From the NCBI GenBank assembly GCA_022826045.1, contig JAJDVQ010000048.1, forward strand, positions 2,998-66,997: DNA of 64,000 nucleotides, read 5' to 3'. The notes beneath the pieces were generated by a model, which saw only the letters and a program-made list of their open reading frames with translations, was not told where the DNA came from and did not search any database. The position numbers were made by a program, and so were the translations under genes. Numbering within the stretch: the stretch's first letter is position 1; each line of letters starts with the position of its first letter. This DNA comes from Acidimicrobiia bacterium. GTDB taxonomy: Bacteria; Actinomycetota; Acidimicrobiia; Acidimicrobiales; Poriferisodalaceae. This document shows positions 18,969-28,485 of this stretch, one piece after another.

Positions 18969-20858
18969 TCAGTCGCTTGTGGCTTGCGCCACGAGGTGTC
19001 CCGGCTCCACTTCGACCAGGGTCACGGGCTCGGGGGCGGTGCCGGCTTCGAAGACCGGGCTGGGCACCTCGTCGGTCTGCACGGAGCGGTCGGTGCGGCG
19101 CCGAGCCGGATCGGCGATCGGCACCGCGTCGAGCAACCGCTTGGTGTAGTCGTGCATGGGGTTCTCGAAGATGGCCCGGCGCGGACCCAGCTCGACGATC
19201 TGGCCGAGGTACATCACGCCGACCCGGTGAGCGATCCGCTCCACCACGGCGAGGTCGTGGCTGATGAACAGGTACGACAAGCCCATCTCTTCTTGCAGGT
19301 CCATCATCAGGTTGATGACCTGCGCCTGGATCGAGACGTCCAGCGCGGACACCGCCTCATCGGCGATCACCAGTTCGGGCCGCAGCGCCAAGGCCCGGGC
19401 GATGCAGATGCGCTGTCGCTGACCCCCCGAGAACTGGTGCGGGTACTGCCGCATGTCGTCGGGCGACATGCCGACTCGCCGCAGCAGGTCGGCGACCACC
19501 TCGTTGATCTCCCGCTTGGGCACCGCACGATGGATTTCGAGCGGCTCGGAGATCGCCTTGCCCACCGAGCGGCGGGGGTCGAGGCTGGCGAAGGGGTCCT
19601 GGAAGACGATCTGTGCCTTGCGTCGGTGAGGCCGCAGCGCCCGAGGCCCCAGGTTCGTGATGTCGGCGCCGTCGAGCCTGATGGTGCCGCTGGTCGGATT
19701 CAGCAGGCGGATGATCAGGTACGCGAGCGTCGATTTGCCACAGCCGCTCTCACCGACCACCGCCAGCGTCTCGCCGCGATCGATGTGCAGGCTGACCTGC
19801 TCCACAGCGTGCACGCGGGCGCCATGGGTGGCCGGGAAGTGCTTGGTGAGCGCCTCGACCTCGACAATCGGCTCAGCGTCGGGGGCATCGTGCTGCGTCA
19901 CGAGCTTGGCCCCCCCGTCGCTTCCCGCGCCCGGCGTGGCAGCCGCTGCCAGCGCATCGGGATCGATCAGCTCGAAGCGCCGCGGGTCCTCCACGCCGGC
20001 CATCGACCCCAGGCGCGGCACCGCAGCCAGCAGCGACTGTGTGTAGGGCTCGCTGGGCCGATCGAAGATGTCCGAGACGTTGCCGCGCTCGACCAGTCGA
20101 GACTGCTGCATCACCACCACCTCGTCGGCAATCTCGGCCACCACGCCCATGTCGTGGGTGATGATCAGCACTGCCGCGCCGGTCTCGCGCTGCATCTCCG
20201 CGATCAGGGCGAGGATCTGCGCCTGGATCGTCACGTCGAGCGCGGTGGTGGGCTCGTCCGCGATCAGGATTGCCGGGTCGCAGGCAAGCGCCATGGCGAT
20301 CATCACCCGCTGGCGCATCCCGCCCGACATCTCGTGGGGGTACTGGTCGATCCGGCGCGCAGCATCGGGAATGCGCACCCGGTTCAGCATCTCCAAGGTG
20401 CGCTCGCGAGCTTCTCTGCGGTTCATGCCACGGTGGAGCCGCAGCGCCTCGCCGATCTGGCTGCCGACGGTATAGACGGGGTTGAGGCTGGTCAGCGGCT
20501 CTTGGAAGATCATCGAGATGCGATCGCCGCGGATCGATCGCATCTGCGGTTCGGGCAGCTGCAGCAGGTCGTCGACGCTGCCGTCCTCGTGGCGGAACAG
20601 CACTTCGCCGCTGCGGATCTCCGCCCGGGTGCCGATCTCGATGAGGCGCATGATCGACAGCGCAGTCACCGACTTGCCCGAGCCCGACTCGCCGACCACC
20701 GCCAGCGTCCCGCCGTCGCGCAGGTCGAACGACACGTCGTTCACGGCGATGAACTCGTCGAAGCCGACGGTCAGCCCGCGAACCTGCAGCCTCGGCGACG
20801 CCCCGGAGTCGTCGGTGTCCTCGCCCGGCGCACCGCTGCCGTTCGGCAGAGCGCTCAT
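18969..20858 (-). CDS. Peptide/nickel-type ABC transporter, fused double ATP-binding protein (DppD/DppF-like)
   Basis: Two NBDs: GESGSGKS...SGGMRQRVMIAMAL...LIADEPTTALD and GESGCGKST...SGGQRQRICIARAL...VIADEAVSALD. Confidence 0.9.
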   Translation of the reverse strand: MSALPNGSGAPGEDTDDSGASPRLQVRGLTVGFDEFIAVNDVSFDLRDGGTLAVVGESGSGKSVTALSIMRLIEIGTRAEIRSGEVLFRHEDGSVDDLLQLPEPQMRSIRGDRISMIFQEPLTSLNPVYTVGSQIGEALRLHRGMNRREARERTLEMLNRVRIPDAARRIDQYPHEMSGGMRQRVMIAMALACDPAILIADEPTTALDVTIQAQILALIAEMQRETGAAVLIITHDMGVVAEIADEVVVMQQSRLVERGNVSDIFDRPSEPYTQSLLAAVPRLGSMAGVEDPRRFELIDPDALAAAATPGAGSDGGAKLVTQHDAPDAEPIVEVEALTKHFPATHGARVHAVEQVSLHIDRGETLAVVGESGCGKSTLAYLIIRLLNPTSGTIRLDGADITNLGPRALRPHRRKAQIVFQDPFASLDPRRSVGKAISEPLEIHRAVPKREINEVVADLLRRVGMSPDDMRQYPHQFSGGQRQRICIARALALRPELVIADEAVSALDVSIQAQVINLMMDLQEEMGLSYLFISHDLAVVERIAHRVGVMYLGQIVELGPRRAIFENPMHDYTKRLLDAVPIADPARRRTDRSVQTDEVPSPVFEAGTAPEPVTLVEVEPGHLVAQATSD

Positions 20859-20861
20859 CGC

Positions 20862-21791
20862 TCAGCGTCCCCGCAGTTTGGGGTTGTAGGCATCCTGCAG
20901 CCCGTCTCCGATGAGGCTGAAGCTCAGCACGGTGAAGAAGATCGCCAGGCCGGGGAAGGTCACCGACCACCACGCCGTCAGGAAGTTTCCCCGGTTCAGC
21001 CCGATCATCAAGCCCCAGCTCGTGGTGTTGGGATCGCCCAGGCCCAAAAACGCCAGCCCCGCCTCGAACAGGATCGCCGTGCCCATGATGAGCGTGGCCG
21101 ACACGATGAGCGGCGGCAGCGCATTGGGGAACACCACCTTGCGAATGATGCGCCAGTCGGTCGCTCCCACGGCTCGGGCTGCGCGTACGAACTCGAGGTT
21201 CTTCAGCCGCAGGAACTCCGCACGGGTGATGCGGGCGATCCCCGGCCACGCCACCACGCCGATGGCGAACGAGATCGTCCACATCGACGGCTCGAAGAGC
21301 GCCACCACCACCATCGCGAAGAGCAGCGCCGGCAGCACCTGGAAGAACTCGGTGAAGCGCATGAGCGCACTGTCCGTCCATCCGCCGTAGTAGCCGGCCA
21401 CCGCTCCGATGCCGATGCCGATGACCAGCACCATCGCGGCGGCCATCGCTGCCACCGTCAGGCTGGTAGCGCCGCCATTGATCACCCCGGCCAGCACGTC
21501 GCGCCCGAGGTAGTCGGTGCCCAGCCGGGCTTCGGTGAGCTCGCCGGGACCGATCAACGGCCGGGCCACGATGTCCTTCGGGTCCTGGTCGTACAAGCGG
21601 GGCCCGGCGACCGTCATGAAGACGACCCCCGCCAGCATCAGCACTCCGACCACCGCCGCCTTGTTGCGCACGAACAGCCGGAAGGTCTCGCGCCCCGGCC
21701 GCGCTGCGCCTGCGCCGCCGCCGGCACCGAGACCCGGCGTGACGCCCATGTCGGCGGCGGCCACGTCCCCGAGCCCAGCGGCATCAGACAT
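20862..21791 (-). CDS. ABC transporter permease (DppC/OppC-like)
   Basis: 309-aa polytopic ORF with an EAA-type loop ...EFVRAARAVGATDWRIIRKVVFPN... Confidence 0.9.
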   Translation of the reverse strand: MSDAAGLGDVAAADMGVTPGLGAGGGAGAARPGRETFRLFVRNKAAVVGVLMLAGVVFMTVAGPRLYDQDPKDIVARPLIGPGELTEARLGTDYLGRDVLAGVINGGATSLTVAAMAAAMVLVIGIGIGAVAGYYGGWTDSALMRFTEFFQVLPALLFAMVVVALFEPSMWTISFAIGVVAWPGIARITRAEFLRLKNLEFVRAARAVGATDWRIIRKVVFPNALPPLIVSATLIMGTAILFEAGLAFLGLGDPNTTSWGLMIGLNRGNFLTAWWSVTFPGLAIFFTVLSFSLIGDGLQDAYNPKLRGR

Positions 21792-22767
21792 TGGAACGCT
21801 CCCGCAGCCGGATGCGCGGGTCGATGATCGTGTACAGCAGATCGGTCAGCAGATTCGCCACGATCACCATGACCGACGACACCATCAGCACGCCGAGCAG
21901 CACTGAGGTATCCCGCCGAAGGATGGAGTCGAACGCAAGCCGACCCAAGCCCGGCCAATTGAAGACGGTCTCGACGAGCAACGCGCCCGACAGCAGTGCT
22001 CCGAACTGCAGGCCGATCACCGTCACCACGGGGATCACCGCGTTGCGAAGCGCGTGTTTGTACACGACCCGGCGCTCGCCCAGCCCCTTCGCCCTGGCGG
22101 TGCGCACGTAGTCCGACTCGAGCACCTCCAGCATGGAGGCCCGCGACAATCGGCTGTACTGCGCCAGATAGATGAGTCCGAGCGTGAGTGCCGGCAGCAC
22201 CAGGTGCTCCCCGACATCGAGGACATTCGCAAGCACGCCTTCGCCGTAGCTGACATCGTGCCAGCCCTGTACCGGCAGCAGCTTCCATGTGGACGCGAAC
22301 AGGATCACCAGCATGATGCCGGTCCAGAACACCGGCATCGAGAAGCCCACCAGTGCCAGCACGGTTGCGCCGTGACTCAGCAGGCTCTCCGGACGGCGCG
22401 CCGTCGCGACGCCCACCATGGTCCCTGCGGCGACGGCGAATGACAGCGCGGTGCCCACCAGCAGCACGGTCGGCCACAGCCGTGCCGATATCAGCGAAGT
22501 GACCGATTGATTGAAGAAGTACGACTCACCGAGGTCGCCGATGGCGACACGGCCGATGTAGGTCACGAGCTGCACCACGAATGGGCGATCCAAGCCGTAC
22601 TGTGCCCGGATTTCTTCCAGCAGCTCAGGGTCGCCGGCGCCGCTCTCGCCCACGATCACCGTGGCGGGATCGCCGGGCGTCAGGTGGATCAGCAGGAAAT
22701 TGAGGCACATCACTGCCAGGATCAGCCCGAGTGCTTGGGCGATCCTGGCAGCGATGGACCTCAGCAT
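21784..22767 (-). CDS. ABC transporter permease (DppB/OppB-like)
   Basis: 327 aa; ...DYVRTARAKGLGERRVVYKHALRNA...; overlaps the next permease by 8 nt. Confidence 0.9.
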   Translation of the reverse strand: MLRSIAARIAQALGLILAVMCLNFLLIHLTPGDPATVIVGESGAGDPELLEEIRAQYGLDRPFVVQLVTYIGRVAIGDLGESYFFNQSVTSLISARLWPTVLLVGTALSFAVAAGTMVGVATARRPESLLSHGATVLALVGFSMPVFWTGIMLVILFASTWKLLPVQGWHDVSYGEGVLANVLDVGEHLVLPALTLGLIYLAQYSRLSRASMLEVLESDYVRTARAKGLGERRVVYKHALRNAVIPVVTVIGLQFGALLSGALLVETVFNWPGLGRLAFDSILRRDTSVLLGVLMVSSVMVIVANLLTDLLYTIIDPRIRLRERSNV

Positions 22768-22834
22768 GCTCCGTCCTCGTCGAGCGAAGTTCCGGCGGTC
22801 ACATCAGCGCTGCCGGAACGGGACTCGGTTGCCG

Positions 22835-24589
22835 TTACTGATCCAGCCACACCTCGTGCATCGGCGACATCATGCCCCAGATGGTGTTGGTCGGGGGGTT
22901 CTGGACTCGTGGGTTGTAGGCCTGCCAGAACTGCGGGGTCGTCAAGTAGTAGATCGGCACTTCGTCCGACACGATCTGCTGAAACTCCCCGTACAGCGCG
23001 GCCCGGCGCCCAGCGTCGAGTTCTTGGCCGGCTTCTGCAAGGATCCGGTCGACCTCGGCGTTGGAGTACCCGGTGTTGTTCGTCCAGATGCCCTTGTCGA
23101 TGTTGTCGCTGAGATACGTACGGTGGACGCCGATCACCGGATCGCCCCAGTTCCAGACGTTGTTGATCGTCATCTGATAGTCGCGGCCTGCGATTCGGCC
23201 AGCCCATGTCGGGAAGTCGGGCGAGACGCTCAGCTCCACGTTGATGCCGACGTCTTCGAGCGCCTGCACGACGTACTCGGCGTAGATCACCTGCGTCGGC
23301 GGGATGTAGTCGATGGTGAGCTCCAGCTCGCCGGGTCCGTAGCCGGCCTCGGCCAGCAGCGCCGTCGCCCGGTCGACGTCGCGGTCATAGGGGTTGACCG
23401 TGGAGTCGTGGAACGGGCTCGCCGTGACGATCCCGGACGTGGCCGGGATCGTCAGTCCCTGGTCGAGCGCGTCGATCATGAAGTCGCGGTCGATTGCGTA
23501 GGCGATCGCCTGGCGCACGCGCTTGTCCGACAGCGCCGGGTCGTCCGTGTTCATCTCGAGCCACTGGATCTGCCCGATCGCTTCGTGACCGTCGGAATTC
23601 ACCGTCACGTTCTCGTTGTCCATCAGGCGCAGGATGTTCGCCGAGGGGCCCAGCGTGACCGAGAGATCGATCTCGCCGTTCTCGAGGCCCAGGACGATGT
23701 TGGTCGCATCGGGAATGATCTGCATGACGATTTCGTCGAGACACGGCGCTCCCTCGATGAAGAAGTCGTCGAATCGTTCCATGCGGATGATCGTGCCGGC
23801 CTCGTACTCGACCAACCGGAACGGACCCGAGCCCACGAAGTCCTCCGTATTGCGCGGGTGGGTCGGCAGTTCTTGGCCGTCGTCGAAGATGTGCTTGGGG
23901 ATCACCGGCAACAGGCCCGGTGACATCGCGAGCAGGATCGCCGGGTGCGGCTGGCTCAGGTTGATGACTGCGGTGTGCTCGTCGGGCGTGTCCACACCGG
24001 TCACCGGCGCGAACATCGGCTTGAACGGGTGATGCGCCTGCGCCGTGAGGACCGAGAACGCCACGTCCGCTGACGTGATGGGCATCCCGTCGTGGAAGAC
24101 GGCGTCCTCCACAAGGTGCAGCGTCACCGAGAGACCGTCGTCGGCCACCTCCCAGCTCTCTGCCAGGTACGGCATGGGGTTGTACTCGTCGTCGTACAGC
24201 AGCGGGCTCGCGTTGAGCTGCGTGCCCGGCACGGCGGTCGCATAGCCCGACTGCACGGTGCCGTTGAGGTGCCGCGGCACCTGGGTGCTGCCGATGATGA
24301 GCGTCCCGCCGACGTTGGCACCGTCATTGCACAGACTGTGGGCCGCAGCCATGTCGTCGTCGGCCATGTCGTCATCGCCGCCGTCGGCCATGTCGTCGTC
24401 GGCCATGTCGTCGTCGTCGGTGGCCATGTCGTCATCGACGTCGGCCATGTCGTCGTCGGTCATGTCATCGGTGTCGGGTGCCGCGGTGGGCGCGGGCGCC
24501 GCACCGTCATCGTCGTCGTCGCTCGAGCAAGCCGCAGCGACAAGCGCAAATACGGCCAGTACGGCAACGAGCAGTCGCCATTTCTTCAT
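22835..24589 (-). CDS. ABC transporter family-5 substrate-binding lipoprotein (peptide/nickel type) with Asp/Met-rich N-terminal tether
   Basis: MKKWRLLVAVLAVFALVAAACSS (signal plus lipobox), followed by the acidic repeat and then an SBP_bac_5-like body. Confidence 0.9.
   Translation of the reverse strand: MKKWRLLVAVLAVFALVAAACSSDDDDDGAAPAPTAAPDTDDMTDDDMADVDDDMATDDDDMADDDMADGGDDDMADDDMAAAHSLCNDGANVGGTLIIGSTQVPRHLNGTVQSGYATAVPGTQLNASPLLYDDEYNPMPYLAESWEVADDGLSVTLHLVEDAVFHDGMPITSADVAFSVLTAQAHHPFKPMFAPVTGVDTPDEHTAVINLSQPHPAILLAMSPGLLPVIPKHIFDDGQELPTHPRNTEDFVGSGPFRLVEYEAGTIIRMERFDDFFIEGAPCLDEIVMQIIPDATNIVLGLENGEIDLSVTLGPSANILRLMDNENVTVNSDGHEAIGQIQWLEMNTDDPALSDKRVRQAIAYAIDRDFMIDALDQGLTIPATSGIVTASPFHDSTVNPYDRDVDRATALLAEAGYGPGELELTIDYIPPTQVIYAEYVVQALEDVGINVELSVSPDFPTWAGRIAGRDYQMTINNVWNWGDPVIGVHRTYLSDNIDKGIWTNNTGYSNAEVDRILAEAGQELDAGRRAALYGEFQQIVSDEVPIYYLTTPQFWQAYNPRVQNPPTNTIWGMMSPMHEVWLDQ
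24346..24478 (-). repeat. In-frame tandem repeat (GCCATGTCGTC-type units on the plus strand) encoding DDMTDDDMADVDDDMATDDDDMADDDMADGGDDDMADDDMAAA
   Basis: Six to seven near-identical units read directly in lines 24301-24480. Corresponds to about residues 38-82 of the binding protein. Confidence 0.8.
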
Positions 24590-24688
24590 GGATCGCTCTC
24601 CCTCGCGTACGCTTGCCTGCCCGCGTCATGCCGAGATCAGGTCGAGCAAGTCGCCCGAAGCGTGGCGGTACCGTAGCGCGACCGGCGG

Positions 24689-25336
24689 TCACACCTCGCG
24701 CTTTGGCCCGCGGCGCCGAGCCGCCGGGAGATGTGCGGGCGGGGACTGCGTCGTCGGCAGCCAGGCGGGCCGTGTCGTCTCGTAGCTGTCGATGGCTTCG
24801 GCGCTGCGAAGCGTGATGCCGATGTCGTCGAGTCCCTCGAGGAATCGCTCCTGCGTGGCGTCGTCCATCGGGAATGACTCTTCGATGCCCGCAGCGGGTG
24901 CGCTCAGCATTCGCCGCTCGACGTCGACGGTCACCGCGAGGTCGGGATCGTCCGCCACTGCGGTTCGCAGCCGCGCTGCAGCCTCTTCGGAGATCTGTAC
25001 TGGCACCAGACCGTTCTTGGCGGAGTTGTTGCGGAAGATGTCGCCGAAGCGGGGCGAGACCACCGCCACGAAGCCGTAGTCCATCAGTGCCCACACGGCG
25101 TGCTCTCGTGAGGATCCGGTGCCGAAGTTGGAACCGGCAACCAGGATCGTCGCTCCGGCGAAGCGCTCGTCGTTCAGCACGAAGTCACGCTCGTCGCGCC
25201 ACTCGCTGAAGAGCCCCTTGCCGAAGCCGGTGCGCTCGACGCGCTTCAGCCAGTCGCTGGGGATGATCTGGTCGGTGTCCACGTCCGAACGGTCGAGCGG
25301 CACCGCACGGCCTTCATGCACTCTCACGGGCTCCAT
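24689..25336 (-). CDS. leuD: 3-isopropylmalate dehydratase small subunit
   Basis: MEPVRVHEGRAVPLDRSDVDTDQIIPSDWLKRVERTGFGKGLFSEWR...GSNFGTGSSREHA. Start trimmed to ATG at 25336. C-terminus is about 20 aa longer than typical. Confidence 0.9.
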   Translation of the reverse strand: MEPVRVHEGRAVPLDRSDVDTDQIIPSDWLKRVERTGFGKGLFSEWRDERDFVLNDERFAGATILVAGSNFGTGSSREHAVWALMDYGFVAVVSPRFGDIFRNNSAKNGLVPVQISEEAAARLRTAVADDPDLAVTVDVERRMLSAPAAGIEESFPMDDATQERFLEGLDDIGITLRSAEAIDSYETTRPAWLPTTQSPPAHLPAARRRGPKREV

Positions 25337-25358
25337 CAGCTCGTTTCCCTTGTTCGAT

Positions 25359-26780
25359 TCAGGCCAGATCGTCAGGCGTGACGAAGCTGCCGGCGATTGC
25401 CGTCGCCGCGGCCACTTCCGGCGAGCACAGATGCGTCCGCCCGCCACGGCCCTGACGGCCCTCGAAGTTGCGGTTCGAAGTCGACGCCGAGCGTTCGCCC
25501 GGAGCGAGCTTGTCGGGATTCATGGCCAGGCACATCGAGCAGCCCGGCTCACGCCAGTCGAAGCCTGCCTCGGTGAAGACCTCGTGCAGTCCTTCAGCCT
25601 CTGCCTGGGTCTTGACGGCGAACGAGCCCGGCACGACCAGCGTGCGCACCCCGTCGGCCACCTTGCGACCCCGCGCCACCGCCGCAGCCGCACGCAGGTC
25701 CTCGATGCGCGAATTCGTGCAGCTCCCGATGAAGACCGTGTCGACTGCCACGTCGGACAGCCGGGTGCCGGCAGTCAGCCCCATGTAGTCCAACGCCCGC
25801 TGGGCGGTCGTCGCCTCGACAGGGTCGTCGAAATCGCTCGGCGCCGGAACCGCACCGTCGATCGGGATGACGTGTGCGGGATTGGTGCCCCACGTGACGT
25901 GCGGCCGCAGCGACGCAGCGTCGATGGACACCGAGCGGTCAAAGGTTGCGCCATCGTCGGTGACGAGCGAGCGCCAGTCGGCCACTGCAGCGTCCCAGTC
26001 GGCCCCGACAGAAACGTGCCGGCGGCCGTTCACATACTCGAAGGTGGTGTCGTCGGGCGCGATCATGCCGGCCTTGGCGCCTGCCTCGATGGACATGTTG
26101 CAGACGGTCATCCGCCCTTCCATCGACAGCGCCTCGATCGCCGAGCCGCGGTATTCGATGATGTGGCCGATGCCGCCGCCGGTGCCGATCCGGCCGATGA
26201 TGGCGAGCACGATGTCCTTGGCGGTCACGCCCGCCGGCGCTTCGCCGTCGACTCGCACCTCCATCGTGGAAGGCCGTGCCTGCGGCAGCGTCTGGCTGGC
26301 CAGCACGTGCTCTACTTCGGACGTGCCGATGCCGAATGCCAGCGCGCCGAACGCCCCGTGCGTGGAGGTGTGGCTGTCGCCGCACACCACTGTCATGCCG
26401 GGCAGTGTGAGTCCCTGCTCGGGTCCGATGACATGCACGATGCCTTGGCCCGGATCGCCCATGGGGTACAGGGTGATGCCGAACTCGGCGCAGTTCGCTC
26501 GCAGCACCTGCACCTGCTTGGCCGAGATCGGGTCAGAGATCGGCAGGTGCAGATCGGCAGTCGGGACGTTGTGGTCCTCGGTGGCGACCGTGAGATCGGG
26601 CCGGCGCACCGTGCGCCCGGACATGCGCAGGCCGTCGAATGCCTGCGGCGAGGTGACCTCATGGATGAGGTGCAGGTCGATGTAGAGGAGATCGGGCTGG
26701 CCGCCGCCGGTCCGTACGACGTGGCGGTCCCAGATCTTCTCGCTGAGGGTGCGCGGCCCCGCCGCTGCCGGATCTGTCAC
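25359..26780 (-). CDS. leuC: 3-isopropylmalate dehydratase large subunit
   Basis: [12 protein letters not shown]...[13 protein letters not shown]...[13 protein letters not shown]...[11 protein letters not shown]; aconitase-family LeuC. Confidence 0.95.
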   Translation of the reverse strand: MTDPAAAGPRTLSEKIWDRHVVRTGGGQPDLLYIDLHLIHEVTSPQAFDGLRMSGRTVRRPDLTVATEDHNVPTADLHLPISDPISAKQVQVLRANCAEFGITLYPMGDPGQGIVHVIGPEQGLTLPGMTVVCGDSHTSTHGAFGALAFGIGTSEVEHVLASQTLPQARPSTMEVRVDGEAPAGVTAKDIVLAIIGRIGTGGGIGHIIEYRGSAIEALSMEGRMTVCNMSIEAGAKAGMIAPDDTTFEYVNGRRHVSVGADWDAAVADWRSLVTDDGATFDRSVSIDAASLRPHVTWGTNPAHVIPIDGAVPAPSDFDDPVEATTAQRALDYMGLTAGTRLSDVAVDTVFIGSCTNSRIEDLRAAAAVARGRKVADGVRTLVVPGSFAVKTQAEAEGLHEVFTEAGFDWREPGCSMCLAMNPDKLAPGERSASTSNRNFEGRQGRGGRTHLCSPEVAAATAIAGSFVTPDDLA

Positions 26781-26842
26781 ATCCCCACTATGGACCCTGT
26801 GCGGGCGTCAATCCAACCTGCCGGCGCGGTCGTCGGGGCCAG

Positions 26843-27322
26843 TCAGGCTTCGATGGCGACGACCTCGATGCTCATCTGGTTGCCGTTCGCCTCGTAGGTC
26901 ACCGTCTGACCGGCCCGTGCGCCCTCGAGCGCCCGGCCCATCGGAGATCCCGGCGAGACCACCTCGATGCCCGACCGGCGTTCCTCGATCGAGCCGAACA
27001 GGTACTGCTCGACTTCGTCGTCGCCCTGGAAACGGATGGACACCACGAGGCCCGGCGCAACGACGCTGTCGCCGGAGCTGTCATCGACGTCGGCGACGAT
27101 CTCGCAGTTCTCCAGGATGGACTTCAGCCGCATGATGCGGCCTTCCATCTTCCCCTGTTCCTCCTTGGCGGCGTGGTAGTCGCCGTTCTCCGACAGGTCT
27201 CCCAGCAGGCGTGCCGTCTCGATCTGTGCAGCAATATCAATGCGTCCCCGACCGGTCAGATCGGTGAGTTCCGCTTGCAGCCGATCGTGGGTCTCAGCAG
27301 AGATGTGATGGATCTCGGGCAC
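26843..27322 (-). CDS. greA: Transcription elongation factor GreA
   Basis: ...LQAELTDLTGRGRIDIAAQIETARLLGDLSENGDYHAAKEEQGKMEGRIMRL...; 159 aa, GTG start. Confidence 0.9.
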   Translation of the reverse strand: MPEIHHISAETHDRLQAELTDLTGRGRIDIAAQIETARLLGDLSENGDYHAAKEEQGKMEGRIMRLKSILENCEIVADVDDSSGDSVVAPGLVVSIRFQGDDEVEQYLFGSIEERRSGIEVVSPGSPMGRALEGARAGQTVTYEANGNQMSIEVVAIEA

Positions 27323-27479
27323 CCCGCGAGGTTACCGAGGGCATCTCCGGGCACACTCTCTGGCGCGATCGGCAAGCCGAGTTTGAACTCGGGGCGCGAT
27401 CGCGCTTCAGGATGATCTGGCTGGAATTCCCGGAGCGGGAGCAACCCGTTCCCCGCGCGAACACCCAAGGGGCACCACA

Positions 27480-28478
27480 GTGACTCACCGCATCGCAGTC
27501 ATCGGCGGAGACGGCATCGGACCCGAGGTCACCTCGGTCGCTCTCGACGTGATTGCTGCCGCCGGTGCCGGCATCTCGACGACCGAATTCGAACTGGGCG
27601 GTCATCGCTACCTGCGGGACGGCACGGTGCTCGACGATGAGACGCTCGAAGAGCTGCGCACGTTCGATGCCATCCTGCTCGGCGCCGTCGGCACGCCCGA
27701 CGTGCCGCCAGGCATCATCGAGCGCGGCCTGCTGCTGAAGACCCGCTTCGAGCTCGACCTGTACGTGAACCTGCGCCCCTTCACCTTGCCCGACGGTCAC
27801 AGCTTCACCGTGATCCGCGAGAACACCGAAGGCGCCTACGCGGGCGAGGGCGGGTTCCTTCGCAAGGGGACGCCGCACGAGATCGCCACGCAGGGGTCGG
27901 TCAACACTCGCATGGGGGCCGAGCGCGCCATCCGCTATGGCTTCGAGCTGGCCCGCGCGCGGGAACGCCGTCACCTGACGCTGGTCCACAAGACCAACGT
28001 GCTGACGTTCTCGGGCGACCTGTGGGAGCGCACGTTCAAGGAGGTGGCCGCTGAGTACCCCGATGTCGAGACTGCGTACAACCACGTCGACGCAGCCTGC
28101 ATTCATTTCGTGGAGGATCCGCACCGTTACGAGGTGATCGTCACCGACAACCTCTTCGGCGACATCCTCACCGATCTCGGCGGCGCCGTGGCGGGCGGCA
28201 TCGGGCTCGCTGCGTCGGCCAACCTCAACCCGGACCGAACGGGACCGTCGCTGTTCGAACCGGTGCACGGGTCGGCGCCCGACATCGCCGGCAAGGGCCT
28301 CGCCAACCCCACGGCCGCGGTCCTGTCGGCCGTGCTCATGCTGGAGTTCCTGGGGGAAGCAGAGTGCGCTGAGCGCGTGCGAACTGCGTGCGAGGCCGCC
28401 ATCGCCGACGACTCGGTGCCTGAGGTGGGCACCGAGGAGATCGCCAAGGCGATCACGGCCGGCGTCTCGGAGGGGTGA
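27480..28478 (+). CDS. leuB: 3-isopropylmalate dehydrogenase
   Basis: [18 protein letters not shown]...[12 protein letters not shown]...[27 protein letters not shown]... Confidence 0.9.
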   Translation: MTHRIAVIGGDGIGPEVTSVALDVIAAAGAGISTTEFELGGHRYLRDGTVLDDETLEELRTFDAILLGAVGTPDVPPGIIERGLLLKTRFELDLYVNLRPFTLPDGHSFTVIRENTEGAYAGEGGFLRKGTPHEIATQGSVNTRMGAERAIRYGFELARARERRHLTLVHKTNVLTFSGDLWERTFKEVAAEYPDVETAYNHVDAACIHFVEDPHRYEVIVTDNLFGDILTDLGGAVAGGIGLAASANLNPDRTGPSLFEPVHGSAPDIAGKGLANPTAAVLSAVLMLEFLGEAECAERVRTACEAAIADDSVPEVGTEEIAKAITAGVSEG

Positions 28479-28485
28479 GACCGTC

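Noticed and set aside
18702-21827. 1041-aa plus-strand ORF
   Set aside because: It is antisense to the amidohydrolase, the ABC ATPase and a permease. Its composition (runs of R, G, H, D, P) is non-protein-like and shows no recognisable motifs. This is a high-G+C artefact. The same reasoning applies to 22661..23923, 25119..26897, 27294..28904, 28813..30231, 31382..32725, 40316..41509, 43698..44840 (except its last 52 codons), 51079..52839 and other long antisense ORFs.
24346-24478. Possible CRISPR-like or minisatellite array suggested by regularly repeated GCCATGTCGTC units
   Set aside because: The units are about 12-21 nt, contiguous, in frame and inside a clearly coding lipoprotein gene. 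There are no spacers and no cas genes. It is a coding low-complexity repeat.
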